Below are positions 10,681 through 22,448 of a DNA stretch of 64,000 bases, piece by piece. Both the position numbers and the translations under genes were made by a program. The notes under the pieces were generated by a model, which did not search any database, had not been told where the DNA came from, and was given only the letters and a program-made list of their open reading frames with translations. Within the stretch, counting starts at the first letter, position 1. The number at the start of each line of letters is the position of its first letter. Source of the stretch: Gammaproteobacteria bacterium (GTDB taxonomy: Bacteria > Pseudomonadota > Gammaproteobacteria > Eutrophobiales > Eutrophobiaceae); contig CBDEUK010000002.1 in NCBI GenBank assembly GCA_965243205.1, positions 1,088,001 to 1,152,000 of the forward strand, in the 5' to 3' direction.

Positions 10681-12021
10681 TTAAGCAGCTAAAGCCGTTT
10701 TAACTTGTTCGGCAAGTTCATTTGCAAGTGTGTTAGCAACTTCTGAATCTTCGGCCTCCACCATAACTCGAATGAGTGGTTCTGTTCCAGATGGTCTTAA
10801 TAACACTCGACCACTATCACCTAATTTTTCTTCTGCATTTTTAACTGCAGAGTCTATGTCAGGGTAATCGGTAAGATTCACTTTGTTTTGAATTCGTACA
10901 TTAACCATTGTTTGAGGACATTTGATCATGCCTTTCTTTAAATCATGTAAAGATTGCTCATTTAAAGCAATACTTTCCATCACCTGTAAAGCAGAAATAA
11001 TTCCATCGCCAGTTGTTGTCATATCTAAATTAATAATATGACCAGAAGATTCACCACCAAGTTTTAAATTATCGGCCAAGAGTTTTTCTAAAATATAACG
11101 ATCTCCAACTTTAGCACGATGAAATTCTAAGCCCATGTTCTTGATCGCAATTTCTAAACCTAAATTACTCATCAAGGTACCAACAACACCACCATTAAGT
11201 TCGTCCTTACGAGATTTACTGATGATGTATAAAGCTTCGTCTCCATCAACCACTTCACCTTCATGGTCAACTAAGATCAATCGATCAGCATCGCCATCAA
11301 GCGCGATACCTACATCAGCTCGGTGTTCTAATACCGCTTTTTGTAAAAGATCTGGCTTGGTCGCACCACACTCAGCATTGATATTTAAACCATCAGGTTG
11401 ATGACCAATATTGATCACATCAAAACCGAGCTCATCAAAAATAATGGGAGCCAATTTATAAGCAGCACCATGAGCGCAATCTAATACAACTCTAATTTTC
11501 TTATAATTTAATCTTGGGTTAATTTTGTATTTACAAAATTCGATATAACGTCGACCAGCGTCTTCCATACGAATCGCTTTACCAAGATGTCGTGAATGAA
11601 CGGTCTCTAAAGGCTTATCTAATTCTGCTTCGATTTCTAATTCAACTTGATCAGGTAATTTCAAACCTTCTGATGAGAAGAATTTAATACCATTGTCATA
11701 GTAAGGATTGTGAGAAGCACTGATGACGATACCACCGAGTGCGCGTGTCGTTTTTGTCAGGTAAGCAATTCCTGGTGTTGGCATGGGTCCTAATAGGCAA
11801 ACATCGATTCCAGCCGCGGATAAACCAGCTTCGAGTGAAGACTCAAACATATAACCTGATATGCGCGTATCTTTACCGATAAGAATTGGACCTTCGCCAC
11901 CTTTAGAAAGAATACGGCCAGCTGCCCACCCAAGTTTCATTACAAAGTCTGGGGTGATAGGTCCCTCACCTACACTGCCACGAACCCCATCGGTACCAAA
12001 ATATTTACGTTCTTGAGCCAA
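10681..12021 (-). CDS. glmM: Phosphoglucosamine mutase
   Basis: YFGTDGVRG, VISASHNP (phospho-Ser), DGDADR, GGESSGH, RPSGTEP; TTG start. Confidence 0.97.
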   Translation of the reverse strand: MAQERKYFGTDGVRGSVGEGPITPDFVMKLGWAAGRILSKGGEGPILIGKDTRISGYMFESSLEAGLSAAGIDVCLLGPMPTPGIAYLTKTTRALGGIVISASHNPYYDNGIKFFSSEGLKLPDQVELEIEAELDKPLETVHSRHLGKAIRMEDAGRRYIEFCKYKINPRLNYKKIRVVLDCAHGAAYKLAPIIFDELGFDVINIGHQPDGLNINAECGATKPDLLQKAVLEHRADVGIALDGDADRLILVDHEGEVVDGDEALYIISKSRKDELNGGVVGTLMSNLGLEIAIKNMGLEFHRAKVGDRYILEKLLADNLKLGGESSGHIINLDMTTTGDGIISALQVMESIALNEQSLHDLKKGMIKCPQTMVNVRIQNKVNLTDYPDIDSAVKNAEEKLGDSGRVLLRPSGTEPLIRVMVEAEDSEVANTLANELAEQVKTALAA

Positions 12022-12083
12022 AACTCTACTCCTTATCCAATTAAATTTTCTGTTTTAAAAAATAGATAGAGTGTGGTTATGAA

Positions 12084-14018
12084 TCAAGCTGGTTTCGCAT
12101 CACCATCGATTGAAGGATCCGAATCAGATTTTTTATTTTTATTTTCATTCGATGAATTTTCGATAGAACCATTATTATCGTCATCATCGTCCCATCCTGA
12201 AGGTTTGCGAGGCACTTTACCTTCCATGATGTCATCGATCTGGCCAGCATCAATGGTTTCATATTTCAATAATGCCTCAGCCATTAAATGCAGCTTATCC
12301 ATATTTTCATTCAGGATCTGCTCCGCACGTTGATAATTGCGATCAATTACCGATCTTATTTCTTCATCTATCGCATGTGCCGTGTCATCAGATATGGCTT
12401 TATGTTGTGTAACGGAACGTCCTAGGAAGACTTCTCCGTCTTCTTCGGTATATGTTAATGGACCAAGCTTATCGGACAAGCCCCACTTGGTAACCATGTT
12501 GCGAGCGAGTTCAGTCGCACGTTCGATGTCGTTACTCGCGCCAGTAGTCACACCATCTTTACCTAACGTTAACTCTTCAGCGATACGACCACCAAATAAA
12601 CTGGAGATACGACTTTCCAATTCTTGTTTACTTTGGCTATAACGATCTTCTTCAGGCAAATACATGGTGACACCGAGTGCCCGACCACGTGGAATAATCG
12701 TAACTTTATAAACTGGATCATGTGAAGGCACTAATCGTCCAACAATAGCGTGTCCGGCTTCATGATAAGCCGTATTCTTTTTCTCTTCTTCACTCATGAC
12801 CATAGAGCGACGCTCCGCCCCCATCATAATCTTATCTTTAGCGCGTTCGAAGTCTTCCATATCAACTAACTTCTTATTTGCACGCGCAGCGAACAACGCT
12901 GCTTCATTTACTAAGTTCGCTAAATCAGCACCAGAAAAACCTGGCGTTCCTCGAGCAAGTAAGTTTGGTTTGACTGAATCAGCTGCAGGCACTTTACGCG
13001 TATGCACTTTTAAGATTTGTTCACGACCACGAATATCTGGTAATGGCACAACCACTTGGCGATCGAAACGACCTGGCCGTAATAAGGCAGGATCTAACAC
13101 ATCGGGGCGGTTCGTTGCGGCAATCACGATGATACCTTCATTACCTTCAAAACCATCCATCTCAACTAATAATTGGTTTAAGGTTTGTTCGCGTTCATCA
13201 TGGCCACCACCTAAACCAGCACCACGATGACGACCGACCGCATCGATCTCATCAATAAAAATAATACAAGGTGCATGCTTTTTAGCTTGCTCAAACATAT
13301 CGCGAACGCGTGAAGCGCCTACACCCACAAACATTTCGACAAAATCTGAACCAGAGATAGTAAAGAAAGGTACTTTCGCTTCACCAGCAATGGCTTTTGC
13401 TAATAAGGTTTTACCAGTACCTGGCGAACCTACCATTAAAACACCTGATGGAATCTTTCCACCCAGTTTTTGGAATTTTGAAGGATCACGTAAAAATTCT
13501 ACGAGTTCTGATACTTCTTCTTTCGCTTCTTCTACACCCGCAACATCGCTAAATGTCACTCGGACTTGGTCTTCGCCTAAGAGACGTGCACGTGATTTAC
13601 CAAAGGAAAGCGCACCACGGCCGCCGCCGCCGCCTTGCATTTGGCGCATGAAATAAATCCAAACACCGAGTAATAATAAGATCGGAAACCATGAAATAAA
13701 TGCATGAGTCCAAAATGAGCTTTTATTCGGTTGTGCGGCTTTGATTTGAACGCCACGATCTAATAATAATGAAATCAATGGATCGTTATTGGTTTCAGGG
13801 CTATTAACCGTGAATGGAGAGCCATCATTACGTACACCATCAATGATGGTTTTGGTTTCATCGAATGTGACCGATTGAATTCGTCCTGATTTCACTTCCG
13901 ACAGGAAATCAGAATAAATAAGATTCTGCGATGGTGGTGTCGCAAAGTTTTTAAACACCATCATTAATGCCAAGGTGATGACAATCATTAACACCAGAGT
14001 TCTGGCTGTTTCGTTCAA
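12084..14018 (-). CDS. ftsH: ATP-dependent zinc metalloprotease FtsH
   Basis: Two TM helices, [27 protein letters not shown]. Confidence 0.98.
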   Translation of the reverse strand: MNETARTLVLMIVITLALMMVFKNFATPPSQNLIYSDFLSEVKSGRIQSVTFDETKTIIDGVRNDGSPFTVNSPETNNDPLISLLLDRGVQIKAAQPNKSSFWTHAFISWFPILLLLGVWIYFMRQMQGGGGGRGALSFGKSRARLLGEDQVRVTFSDVAGVEEAKEEVSELVEFLRDPSKFQKLGGKIPSGVLMVGSPGTGKTLLAKAIAGEAKVPFFTISGSDFVEMFVGVGASRVRDMFEQAKKHAPCIIFIDEIDAVGRHRGAGLGGGHDEREQTLNQLLVEMDGFEGNEGIIVIAATNRPDVLDPALLRPGRFDRQVVVPLPDIRGREQILKVHTRKVPAADSVKPNLLARGTPGFSGADLANLVNEAALFAARANKKLVDMEDFERAKDKIMMGAERRSMVMSEEEKKNTAYHEAGHAIVGRLVPSHDPVYKVTIIPRGRALGVTMYLPEEDRYSQSKQELESRISSLFGGRIAEELTLGKDGVTTGASNDIERATELARNMVTKWGLSDKLGPLTYTEEDGEVFLGRSVTQHKAISDDTAHAIDEEIRSVIDRNYQRAEQILNENMDKLHLMAEALLKYETIDAGQIDDIMEGKVPRKPSGWDDDDDNNGSIENSSNENKNKKSDSDPSIDGDAKPA

Positions 14019-14085
14019 AGTAATTACCTCACTATTGTTACTTTAAGCCGGCAATGCCGGTATTTTTAATCAAATATTACTATAA

Positions 14086-14706
14086 CTATAGCGTAAAGCC
14101 TTGTGCGAGCATATAAAATTCTCGTGAGCTTTCACGCGAAGCCTTCGGTTTTATGACCGTGACTTTGTCAAAACTTTCCTTCACATCCGACTTGTATTGG
14201 TCGATTCCAGCGCCCTGAAAACACTTCATTAACATCTGTCCTTGAGGTTTTAAGGTGTTTCGAGCCAGATCGAGAACCAGCTCCAGCAAATACACACTTT
14301 TGGCCTGATCGGAGGCCTTTATACCTGACATATTGGGGGCCATATCAGAAATTACAATGTCTACTTGCTCATTATTTAATCGTTCCAGGCACTGATCGAA
14401 TACTTCCTGTTCTGTAAAGTCACCTTGGATGATATCGGCACCGACAATCGCATCCATTGCTAAAATATCGACTGCAAGTAACAGGCCTTTATTACCAATT
14501 TTTTCAACCACATACTGCGACCAACTACCCGGCGCGGCCCCAAGATCGATTACCCGCATACCTGGTTTGAATAGACGGTATTTATCATCGATTTCAATCA
14601 ATTTATAAACCGCGCGCGAGCGATAATGTGACAGCCTCGCCTGTTTTGTGTAAACATCTCGATTCTGGCGATCAAGCCATTGGCGTGAACTGGGGCGTCT
14701 ACTCAT
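14086..14706 (-). CDS. rlmE: 23S rRNA Um2552 2'-O-methyltransferase
   Basis: YRSRAVYKL, DLGAAPGSWSQ, SDMAPN, KPKASR; upstream of ftsH. Confidence 0.96.
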   Translation of the reverse strand: MSRRPSSRQWLDRQNRDVYTKQARLSHYRSRAVYKLIEIDDKYRLFKPGMRVIDLGAAPGSWSQYVVEKIGNKGLLLAVDILAMDAIVGADIIQGDFTEQEVFDQCLERLNNEQVDIVISDMAPNMSGIKASDQAKSVYLLELVLDLARNTLKPQGQMLMKCFQGAGIDQYKSDVKESFDKVTVIKPKASRESSREFYMLAQGFTL

Positions 14707-14745
14707 GGGTCTTATCTGTAGGAATTCATTTCAGGAATAATAAAT

Positions 14746-15246
14746 ATGACTTATAAATCAAATAATTACAAACTTACATTTGCACTTTTCAGTCTATTTT
14801 TACTCAGTGCCTGCACCAATTTTACCAAAGAATCACTGCCTCCGACTTTTTCTTTAGTCAGCATTAATGTGGTTGAATCAACGCTATTTGAACAAAAACT
14901 CGAAATTGGGTTACGCGTGAAAAACCCAAACGATCATTCCATCAATGTCCGTGGCGCCAATGCCTTAATGGAAATCAATTCCATTCCGTTCGCTGATGGT
15001 TTTATTAATGAAGGAAAACGTATCGATGCCTATAGTGATGAAGTGTTTACTATCACTGCAACGACTAATTTATCTCGGATTTTAAAACAAATCGGCAAGA
15101 TTGCTGAAACTGGTGTGGTTGACTACGCACTCTCAGGCGGATTAAAGCTGGATAACCTTATTACGCCAATTCCATTCAACGAAACAGGGGAATTATCTCT
15201 TAATGAGTTATTTCCTACTTTTCAGCAATTCAACCAGGGAATTTGA
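14746..15246 (+). CDS. LEA type 2 / WHy-domain lipoprotein
   Basis: Lipobox LSAC; LRVKNPN motif. Confidence 0.85.
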   Translation: MTYKSNNYKLTFALFSLFLLSACTNFTKESLPPTFSLVSINVVESTLFEQKLEIGLRVKNPNDHSINVRGANALMEINSIPFADGFINEGKRIDAYSDEVFTITATTNLSRILKQIGKIAETGVVDYALSGGLKLDNLITPIPFNETGELSLNELFPTFQQFNQGI

Positions 15247-15287
15247 TTTATCTTAGATACATTCTAAGTAAGTAATTCGAAACAGAC

Positions 15288-16193
15288 TCAAGGATGATAA
15301 CAAGCCAAATCTTGCGCCACGCTTAGCGTGCCAAAAAAATTTTCTTGGATAGACTGTTTACTTTTTTCCAGCACATTAATACTTCGTGACATTAAATGCG
15401 ATAACACTAATTGTTTGATGCTGGCATTTGCTGCAAGCTGACCGATGTAACGAGGAGTCGCGTGTAATTTTTTTGCAATTCTTCCTGCATTATCAGGAAT
15501 CGCATGTGCCATAATCAATAAATCTGCATCTTGAATCAATTTAGCAAATACTGGATTGTGGTTACTTTGATCACCTGAGATCGCAATCCGTTTATTTTGA
15601 GTTTCGATCAAAACGGCTATCGCAGGTACTGGACCATGATGCACACCCACTGCAGTTAAGGTTAAATCCTCATTTTGAAATAACAACAAAGGATCTTTTG
15701 AAACCGAGTCAACATCACGGGCGTCAATTTGATATTTGCCAGAGCCATCGACAAATTCACTTAGGTATCGATAGATACCCACTTTGGGATCAAATAAGCC
15801 TGTTATAAATTCGGTAGTACTGGGCCACTGATTTCTTCCAGTTGGACCATAGATTTTTAATGGTTCTGTACGGTCAGAAAAATAACTGCTTTTTAATAAT
15901 GCAGGTAAGTCCGCTGAATGGTCTGCATGTAAATGTGTTAAAACAATCGCATCCAAGTCTTCGAAGTCAGCACCACTTTGTGCAAACCTCAACATTACAC
16001 CGCCACCAGTATCGACTAATAGTCGCGCTTTATTATCAATCCATAATAAATAACCACTCGAAGCACGATTATCATCAGCAATCGGCCCACCCGAACCTAA
16101 TACTTGCAAGGTCAGGTTTTTATTACACTCAGCAAACGAATAAGAGGAATAAAAAAAACTGAAAATAAATATAAAGTAGAAAATTAATCGCAT
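15288..16193 (-). CDS. Secreted MBL-fold metallohydrolase (RNase Z/arylsulfatase-like)
   Basis: LGSGGP, DTGGG, THLHADH, SGD and SHL motifs. Signal peptide from the ATG at 16193 (the ORF track starts at 16226). Confidence 0.85.
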   Translation of the reverse strand: MRLIFYFIFIFSFFYSSYSFAECNKNLTLQVLGSGGPIADDNRASSGYLLWIDNKARLLVDTGGGVMLRFAQSGADFEDLDAIVLTHLHADHSADLPALLKSSYFSDRTEPLKIYGPTGRNQWPSTTEFITGLFDPKVGIYRYLSEFVDGSGKYQIDARDVDSVSKDPLLLFQNEDLTLTAVGVHHGPVPAIAVLIETQNKRIAISGDQSNHNPVFAKLIQDADLLIMAHAIPDNAGRIAKKLHATPRYIGQLAANASIKQLVLSHLMSRSINVLEKSKQSIQENFFGTLSVAQDLACYHP

Positions 16194-16251
16194 ATTTATC
16201 AAAGACAATAAGAATGAATAGATCAATTTTAGTACTTTATTTATGACTAGG

Positions 16252-16316
16252 AAAACGTAGTTTGTCCCCTATTAAATACATCCGTGGTCGACGAGGCATA
16301 GCAAACTCCTTTTGCT
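16252..16316. repeat. Degenerate REP-like fragments
   Basis: AAAACGTAGTTTGTCCCCTATT followed by minus-strand CACGGATG and an AGCAAA-AGGAG-TTTGCT hairpin. Confidence 0.35.
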
Positions 16317-16415
16317 GATGTAGAAAAGATTAATTGTAATCTAATAACTAGAAAAAATAGTGAAACATAATCACTCTATATAATGATTGGTCAAAATTAA
16401 ATCACTCCGACACCT

Positions 16416-16820
16416 TTAGCCGTTCCTTTTTAAAATAACCGTGACATAAATAATGGATAAAAAATAAATTATAAAAAACACTAACATCATTGATAAATTT
16501 ATATAACGAAACTGTCTAGAATGATCTAGATGAAGTAGTATTTGATTTAGCAAGCAAATTACAAAATAAGATGAATTTACTAAAACAAACCATTTATTTA
16601 ATTTAAGAGGTAAGTCTTCAAAAAATAATTTTCTTTTTATCCATGAATAGAGGATAACTAATTCGACAAGAAGTATGCCAGGTATAGCATCTGGTATTTC
16701 ATCTCCTATAGATAACAAAAATGGAGGCATCATTATTAATACATTTATACCAACAGAACTATAAGTACAGAGACCAGTTCTATTTTCTTCAGCCTTATTA
16801 GTTTTGCTTATTTTTTCCAT
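16416..16820 (-). CDS. Hypothetical membrane protein (possible orphan immunity protein)
   Basis: 134 aa, about four TM helices, very AT-rich; its ATG overlaps the stop of an upstream start-less frame (TAATG). Confidence 0.6.
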   Translation of the reverse strand: MEKISKTNKAEENRTGLCTYSSVGINVLIMMPPFLLSIGDEIPDAIPGILLVELVILYSWIKRKLFFEDLPLKLNKWFVLVNSSYFVICLLNQILLHLDHSRQFRYINLSMMLVFFIIYFLSIIYVTVILKRNG

Positions 16821-17014
16821 TATCTGTTATTTATATCATTTAAGTGAATATCTGCACTATGATTCATTAGTTCTAAACCAAGGACCAACGGCCTAGCTTG
16901 AGGTGCCACTTTGAGTATATCAGTACCAACGTAGTAATTTGTTGCGTCTAATATTCCTTGTCCTGCTCCTAAAGAATCAAACTCACTTAAATAATTTAAA
17001 AGTGCCGGAGTAAT
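16820..17014 (-). pseudogene. Start-less C-terminal gene fragment (64 codons)
   Basis: Open frame ITPALLNYLSEFDSLGAGQGILDATNYYVGTDILKVAPQARPLVLGLELMNHSADIHLNDINNR*, bounded upstream by a stop and coupled to the next ORF. Confidence 0.45.
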
Positions 17015-17060
17015 TTATTTTTAACCGATTATCTTTTTAGTTCAACATCAGTTGCTATGA

Positions 17061-17537
17061 CTAAATATATTGAACTTCAACGATCTCGTATTCGATATTG
17101 CCGCCAGGGGCATTAACATCAACAACATCGCCTTCTTCTTTACCAATCAATGCGCGAGCAATAGGTGATGTAACAGAAATGAGTTTTTGTTGGATATCGG
17201 CTTCTTCTTCACCAACGATTTGATAAGTGACTTCTTCTTCGGTCTCTAAATTTTCAACACTCACTGTTGCACCAAATACTACTTTGCCGTTGGCATTTAC
17301 TTTAGTGATATCGATCACTTCGGCTTCAGCAAGTACACCTTCGATATGTTGAATACGACCTTCGTTAAAACTTTGTTGTTCACGCGCAGCATGGTATTCC
17401 GCATTTTCACTTAAATCACCATGCGCTCTTGCTTCTGCAATCGCTTCGGTTATACGCGGACGTTCGACAGTTTTTAATTCTTTTAATAGAGCACGTAGTT
17501 TTTCTTCACCTTTCATGGTTAAGGGAGCTCTAGCCAT
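17061..17537 (-). CDS. greA: Transcription elongation factor GreA
   Basis: [28 protein letters not shown]. Confidence 0.97.
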   Translation of the reverse strand: MARAPLTMKGEEKLRALLKELKTVERPRITEAIAEARAHGDLSENAEYHAAREQQSFNEGRIQHIEGVLAEAEVIDITKVNANGKVVFGATVSVENLETEEEVTYQIVGEEEADIQQKLISVTSPIARALIGKEEGDVVDVNAPGGNIEYEIVEVQYI

Positions 17538-20500
17538 GTTGTATTTCCTCGTGTAAATCTTGGATACGGTTTACCGTAATATGTTTCTCTTGTTGCAGAC
17601 CTTCAACGGTTGCCTTCGCCGCTGCAATGGTCGTTGTATAAAATACTTTATGTTGTAGCGCAGTTCGTCGAATCGAATAGGAATCAGCAATTGCTTGTTT
17701 ACCTTCTGTCGTATTAACAATCAAAGACACTTCTTCGTTTTTAATCATATCCACGATATGCGGTTGACCTTCACGTACTTTATTAACGCTTAAACATTCA
17801 ATGCCTAACTGTTGGATCACTTTGGCAGTACCATGTGTAGCGCATAGTTCGAATCCTAATTCAGATAAATCTTTAGCAATTTTAATTGCATCATCTTTAT
17901 CATCATCACGTACACTGATGAACGCTAAACCTGATGAAGGAACGATCGTACCCGCAGCCAATTGAGACTTCATAAATGCACGACCGAAGTTTCGACTGAT
18001 ACCCATGACTTCACCTGTTGATTTCATTTCAGGACCTAATAAAGGATCAACGCCTGGGAATTTTATAAACGGCAATACAGCTTCTTTAACCGAATAAAAT
18101 TGAGGTATCACCTGCTTAATAATACCTTGCTCTGGTAAAGTTTTACCAACCATACATAAAGCTGCTACCCAAGCTACAGAAACACCTGTTGCTTTGGAAA
18201 CAAACGGTACAGTACGTGATGCTCGAGGATTCACTTCTAAGATATATATATCATTACCTTTAATAGCAAACTGTGTATTCATTAAACCAACGACGTTTAA
18301 TGCCTTAGCCATTAACTCAACTTGTGCTGTGATTTGTTCTTGAATGTCTTTGCTTAAATGATGTGGCGGTAAACAACAGGCAGAATCTCCTGAGTGAACA
18401 CCAGCTTGTTCGATGTGTTCCATAATACCACCAATAACAACATTCTCTCCATCGCAAATGGCATCCACATCCACTTCCACGGCATCACTTAAAAAACGAT
18501 CTAATAAAACTGGTGATTCATTCGATACCGAAACCGCTTCGTTCATATACCTTCGAAGATCTTCTTCGTTGTGTACGATTTCCATCGCTCGTCCACCTAA
18601 TACATAAGACGGTCTTACCACTAACGGATAACCAATTTCTTCAGCTAATTTTACCGCTTGTTCCACTTCGCGCGCTGTTCGGTTCGGTGGTTGTTTTAAT
18701 TTGAGTTCTTCTAATAAGTGTTGGAAACGTTCTCGGTCTTCAGCAAGATCAATACTATCAGGTGTTGTTCCAATGATCGGCGCACCTGCTGCTTCTAAAG
18801 CTCTTGCTAGTTTTAATGGTGTCTGACCTCCGTATTGAACAATTACACCTTTAGGTTTTTCAAGTTCAATTATTTCCATTACATCTTCGAAGGTCAAAGG
18901 TTCGAAGAATAAACGATCGGAAGTATCGTAATCAGTTGAAACGGTTTCAGGATTACAGTTCACCATAATGGTTTCATAACCGTTAGCACGCATCGCTAAA
19001 GCCGCTTGCACACAACAGTAATCAAACTCGATACCTTGGCCAATTCGATTAGGACCACCACCTAACACCATGATCTTTTCTTTATTACTAGGTTCAGCTT
19101 CGCATTCTTGATCATAAGAGGAATACATATAGGCTGTTGTAGAAGCAAACTCTGCGGCACAAGAATCCACACGCTTATAAACTGGCCTAACGTTTAAGCC
19201 ATGACGTTTACCACGTACTGCGGATTCACTGGTGTTTAATATTTTTGCTAAACGTGAATCTGAAAAACCTTTTTGTTTTAAGCGAAACAGTGTTTCTTTA
19301 TCAATATTTTCTAAATTTTGGCTCGCTAAGTTTTGTTCTTCTTTAATGATGTCTTCTATTTGCGCTAAGAACCAAGGATCAATAAAACAATTATCAAATA
19401 CTTCTTCGATAGACATGCCGCGACGAAAACCTTCAGCAACATACCAAAGACGATCAGCACGCGGGACACGTAAACTTGATTTAATTTTTTCTATTGCATC
19501 GTCATCATCAGGACTTAGCACTTCACTAAAACCATCAACGCCAATCTCTAAGCCGCGTAATGCTTTTTGTAATGATTCTTGAAAAGTGCGACCAATCGCC
19601 ATCACTTCTCCCACCGATTTCATTTGTGTGGTTAAACGATCATCGGCTTGAGGAAATTTTTCAAAGGTAAAACGAGGAATTTTGGTAACGATATAATCAA
19701 TAGAGGGTTCAAACGATGCCGGTGTCACACCACCCGTAATTTCATTCGCTAATTCATCTAAGGTATAACCTACAGCCAATTTGGCTGCGACTTTTGCAAT
19801 TGGAAACCCTGTTGCTTTTGATGCTAAAGCAGAAGAACGTGATACACGCGGATTCATTTCAATAATGATTAGTTCACCATCTTTTGGATTCACTGCAAAC
19901 TGTACATTTGAACCACCTGTATCTACACCAATTTCACGTAACACGGCTAACGATGCATTACGCATGATTTGATATTCTTTATCGGTCAATGTGATCGCAG
20001 GAGCAACAGTGATTGAGTCACCTGTATGTACTCCCATAGGATCCAAATTTTCAATCGAACAAATAATGATGCAGTTATCTTTGTTATCACGCACCACTTC
20101 CATTTCATATTCTTTCCAACCAATGATCGACTGCTCAACCATGATCTCAGTCGTACGTGAAGCTTCTAAACCACGTTCAGCGATCTCTAAAAATTCTTCT
20201 TTGTTATAAGCAATGCCGCCACCTGTTCCACCCATGGTAAACGAAGGACGAATTATGGTTGGGAAACCGATATCTTTTTGTACTTCGATCGCTTCTTCGA
20301 TGCTATGAGCAAAAGCCGCCTTCGGCATACCAAGCCCTATCTTTTCCATGGCCCTACTGAATTTTTCACGATCTTCGGCTTTATCGATCGCTTCCTTCGT
20401 AGCACCAACCATCTCAACACCATGTTTTGCTAAAACACCTTCGCGTTCTAAATCCAAAGCACAGTTAAGCGCGGTTTGACCACCCATAGTAGGCAACACC

Positions 20501-20754
20501 GCATCTGGTTTTTCTTTTTCGATAATCTCTGCAACGTTTTGCCAATGAATGGGTTCAATATACGTCGCATCCGCCATACCCGGATCGGTCATGATAGTCG
20601 CTGGATTTGAGTTGACTAAAATGACACGAAAGCCTTCCTCACGTAACGCCTTACAGGCTTGAGCACCTGAGTAATCAAACTCACAGGCTTGACCAATCAC
20701 AATCGGTCCAGCTCCAATGATAAGTATGCTTTTTATGTCGTTACGTTTAGGCAA
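17530..20754 (-). CDS. carB: Carbamoyl-phosphate synthase large subunit
   Basis: [17 protein letters not shown], two ATP-grasp halves, MGS domain; 1074 aa. Confidence 0.98.
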   Translation of the reverse strand: MPKRNDIKSILIIGAGPIVIGQACEFDYSGAQACKALREEGFRVILVNSNPATIMTDPGMADATYIEPIHWQNVAEIIEKEKPDAVLPTMGGQTALNCALDLEREGVLAKHGVEMVGATKEAIDKAEDREKFSRAMEKIGLGMPKAAFAHSIEEAIEVQKDIGFPTIIRPSFTMGGTGGGIAYNKEEFLEIAERGLEASRTTEIMVEQSIIGWKEYEMEVVRDNKDNCIIICSIENLDPMGVHTGDSITVAPAITLTDKEYQIMRNASLAVLREIGVDTGGSNVQFAVNPKDGELIIIEMNPRVSRSSALASKATGFPIAKVAAKLAVGYTLDELANEITGGVTPASFEPSIDYIVTKIPRFTFEKFPQADDRLTTQMKSVGEVMAIGRTFQESLQKALRGLEIGVDGFSEVLSPDDDDAIEKIKSSLRVPRADRLWYVAEGFRRGMSIEEVFDNCFIDPWFLAQIEDIIKEEQNLASQNLENIDKETLFRLKQKGFSDSRLAKILNTSESAVRGKRHGLNVRPVYKRVDSCAAEFASTTAYMYSSYDQECEAEPSNKEKIMVLGGGPNRIGQGIEFDYCCVQAALAMRANGYETIMVNCNPETVSTDYDTSDRLFFEPLTFEDVMEIIELEKPKGVIVQYGGQTPLKLARALEAAGAPIIGTTPDSIDLAEDRERFQHLLEELKLKQPPNRTAREVEQAVKLAEEIGYPLVVRPSYVLGGRAMEIVHNEEDLRRYMNEAVSVSNESPVLLDRFLSDAVEVDVDAICDGENVVIGGIMEHIEQAGVHSGDSACCLPPHHLSKDIQEQITAQVELMAKALNVVGLMNTQFAIKGNDIYILEVNPRASRTVPFVSKATGVSVAWVAALCMVGKTLPEQGIIKQVIPQFYSVKEAVLPFIKFPGVDPLLGPEMKSTGEVMGISRNFGRAFMKSQLAAGTIVPSSGLAFISVRDDDKDDAIKIAKDLSELGFELCATHGTAKVIQQLGIECLSVNKVREGQPHIVDMIKNEEVSLIVNTTEGKQAIADSYSIRRTALQHKVFYTTTIAAAKATVEGLQQEKHITVNRIQDLHEEIQHG

Positions 20755-20771
20755 TGTCGTTACTCTTTAAA

Positions 20772-21899
20772 TTATTTATTCGCATCCATTAATGCGGTGA
20801 ATTGTTGAAAAAGATGTTGGATATCGTGCGGCCCTGGGCTTGCTTCTGGATGGCCTTGAAAACTAAATGCAGGTATATCGGTTCGCTTTACACCCTGCAA
20901 TGATTGATCAAATAAAGAACGATGGGTTGCCTCTAAGTTATTAGGCAAACTCTTTTCATCTACTGCAAAACCATGGTTTTGACTGGTGATCATCACTTCT
21001 TTTGTAGCTAAATCTTGTACTGGATGATTCGCTCCATGATGACCAAATTTCATTTTGATGGTTTTAGCACCAGAAGCCAATGACAATAATTGGTGGCCTA
21101 AACAGATGCCAAAAATTGGGACTTTAGCTTCAGCAATTTCTTGTATGGCTTTGATTGCATAATCGCAAGGATCCGGGTCACCTGGGCCATTCGATAAAAA
21201 TACCCCATCAGGTTTTTCAGCTAAGACATCTTTTGCGGAAGTTTTAGCTGGTACAACTTTAACGTCGCAACCGGCTTGCACGAGTAACCTTAAAATATTG
21301 CGTTTAACCCCAAAGTCATAAGCTACTACTTTGTATTTTGCAGTTGGTGCTTTTTGATGGCCTTCTCCTAGCTCCCAAACACCTTCATTCCAATCATAAG
21401 GCTCAGATGTTGTAACGACTTGTGCAAGGTCAGCGCCCTCTAAGCCTGCAAATTCTTGAGCCGCTGCTATTGCTGCTGCTTCATCAATATTATTGCCGGC
21501 AACAATACAGCCTCGTTGCGCGCCTTTCTCTCTTAATATACGTGTCAACCGTCGTGTATCAATCCCTGCTATGGCAACAATATTATGTTTCTTTAGATAA
21601 TCATCTAAACTGACTTCTGCTCGCCAATTACTCATTTGCAAAGGTAAATCTTTAATCACCAGGCCACTCACACGCACTTTGGAAGATTCTTCATCTTCTA
21701 AATTACATCCAACATTTCCAATATGGGGCTGGGTTAAAGTAACGATTTGTTTACAGTAGGAAGGATCAGTGAGAATTTCTTGGTAGCCAGTAATGGCAGT
21801 ATTAAAAACGACTTCGCCTACGGATTGTCCGTCAATTCCAATCGATTGGCCGTAAAACAGGCTGCCATCTTCAAGTGCGAGTAACGCTGTATGGTTCAT
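20772..21899 (-). CDS. carA: Carbamoyl-phosphate synthase small subunit
   Basis: [31 protein letters not shown]. Confidence 0.98.
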   Translation of the reverse strand: MNHTALLALEDGSLFYGQSIGIDGQSVGEVVFNTAITGYQEILTDPSYCKQIVTLTQPHIGNVGCNLEDEESSKVRVSGLVIKDLPLQMSNWRAEVSLDDYLKKHNIVAIAGIDTRRLTRILREKGAQRGCIVAGNNIDEAAAIAAAQEFAGLEGADLAQVVTTSEPYDWNEGVWELGEGHQKAPTAKYKVVAYDFGVKRNILRLLVQAGCDVKVVPAKTSAKDVLAEKPDGVFLSNGPGDPDPCDYAIKAIQEIAEAKVPIFGICLGHQLLSLASGAKTIKMKFGHHGANHPVQDLATKEVMITSQNHGFAVDEKSLPNNLEATHRSLFDQSLQGVKRTDIPAFSFQGHPEASPGPHDIQHLFQQFTALMDANK

Positions 21900-21938
21900 A
21901 AACTCCTTGGGATGTTGAGCAGATAATAACTACGCTTG

Positions 21939-22001
21939 TTACATACAAAACGGGAGCAATCGAATGATTACTCCCGTCTGTGGCATTTGCGAGGTATTGT
22001 A
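21939..22001 (-). promoter_or_regulatory. carA leader: -10 box, 15-aa leader peptide and attenuator hairpin
   Basis: TACAAT (22001-21996). ATG at 21986 encodes MPQTGVIIRLLPFCM*. Hairpin ACGGGAGTAATC...GATTGCTCCCGT is followed by TTTGT. Confidence 0.65.
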
Positions 22002-22025
22002 CTTTAGAGCACACTTGTATGTCTA

Positions 22026-22394
22026 ATGGCTAATGACATAAATCGTAAAAATTTAGAAAAAAAATTTATCGCTGACATCAGTAACCTTACTGAAGGTGAG
22101 GCATTATCGTTTGAGTTTCAAAAAGACGAGCAAAAATTACGTGGATTTTTGATCATGCAAAATGCAAATGTCCATGCCTATGTAAATCGCTGTCCTCATA
22201 CTGGCGTGAATCTAGAATGGCAACCAAATCAATTTCTCGATCGAACTGGACAATTTATCCAATGCGCGACCCATGGCGCACGATTTAACATTCAAGATGG
22301 ACTTTGTATCTACGGGCCTTGCCAAGGTAGATCACTTATTCCTATTCCAATAGAAATTTTTGAATCTAAGATATTTCTCAGAGATATAAATTAA
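22026..22394 (+). CDS. Rieske [2Fe-2S] ferredoxin
   Basis: CPH...CATHGA ligands; GLCIYGPC. Confidence 0.9.
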   Translation: MANDINRKNLEKKFIADISNLTEGEALSFEFQKDEQKLRGFLIMQNANVHAYVNRCPHTGVNLEWQPNQFLDRTGQFIQCATHGARFNIQDGLCIYGPCQGRSLIPIPIEIFESKIFLRDIN

Positions 22395-22400
22395 AAACAT

Positions 22401-22429
22401 AAAAAAACCCCGCATTTGCGAGGTTTTTT
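22401..22429. terminator. Bidirectional Rho-independent terminator
   Basis: AAAAAAACCCCGCA-TT-TGCGAGGTTTTTT between convergent genes. Confidence 0.8.
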
Positions 22430-22448
22430 CGAAATGTAATAAATCTAA

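Noticed and set aside
14048-14060. CCGGCA-A-TGCCGG palindrome between rlmE and ftsH
   Set aside because: Short, with a one-base loop and no supporting context.
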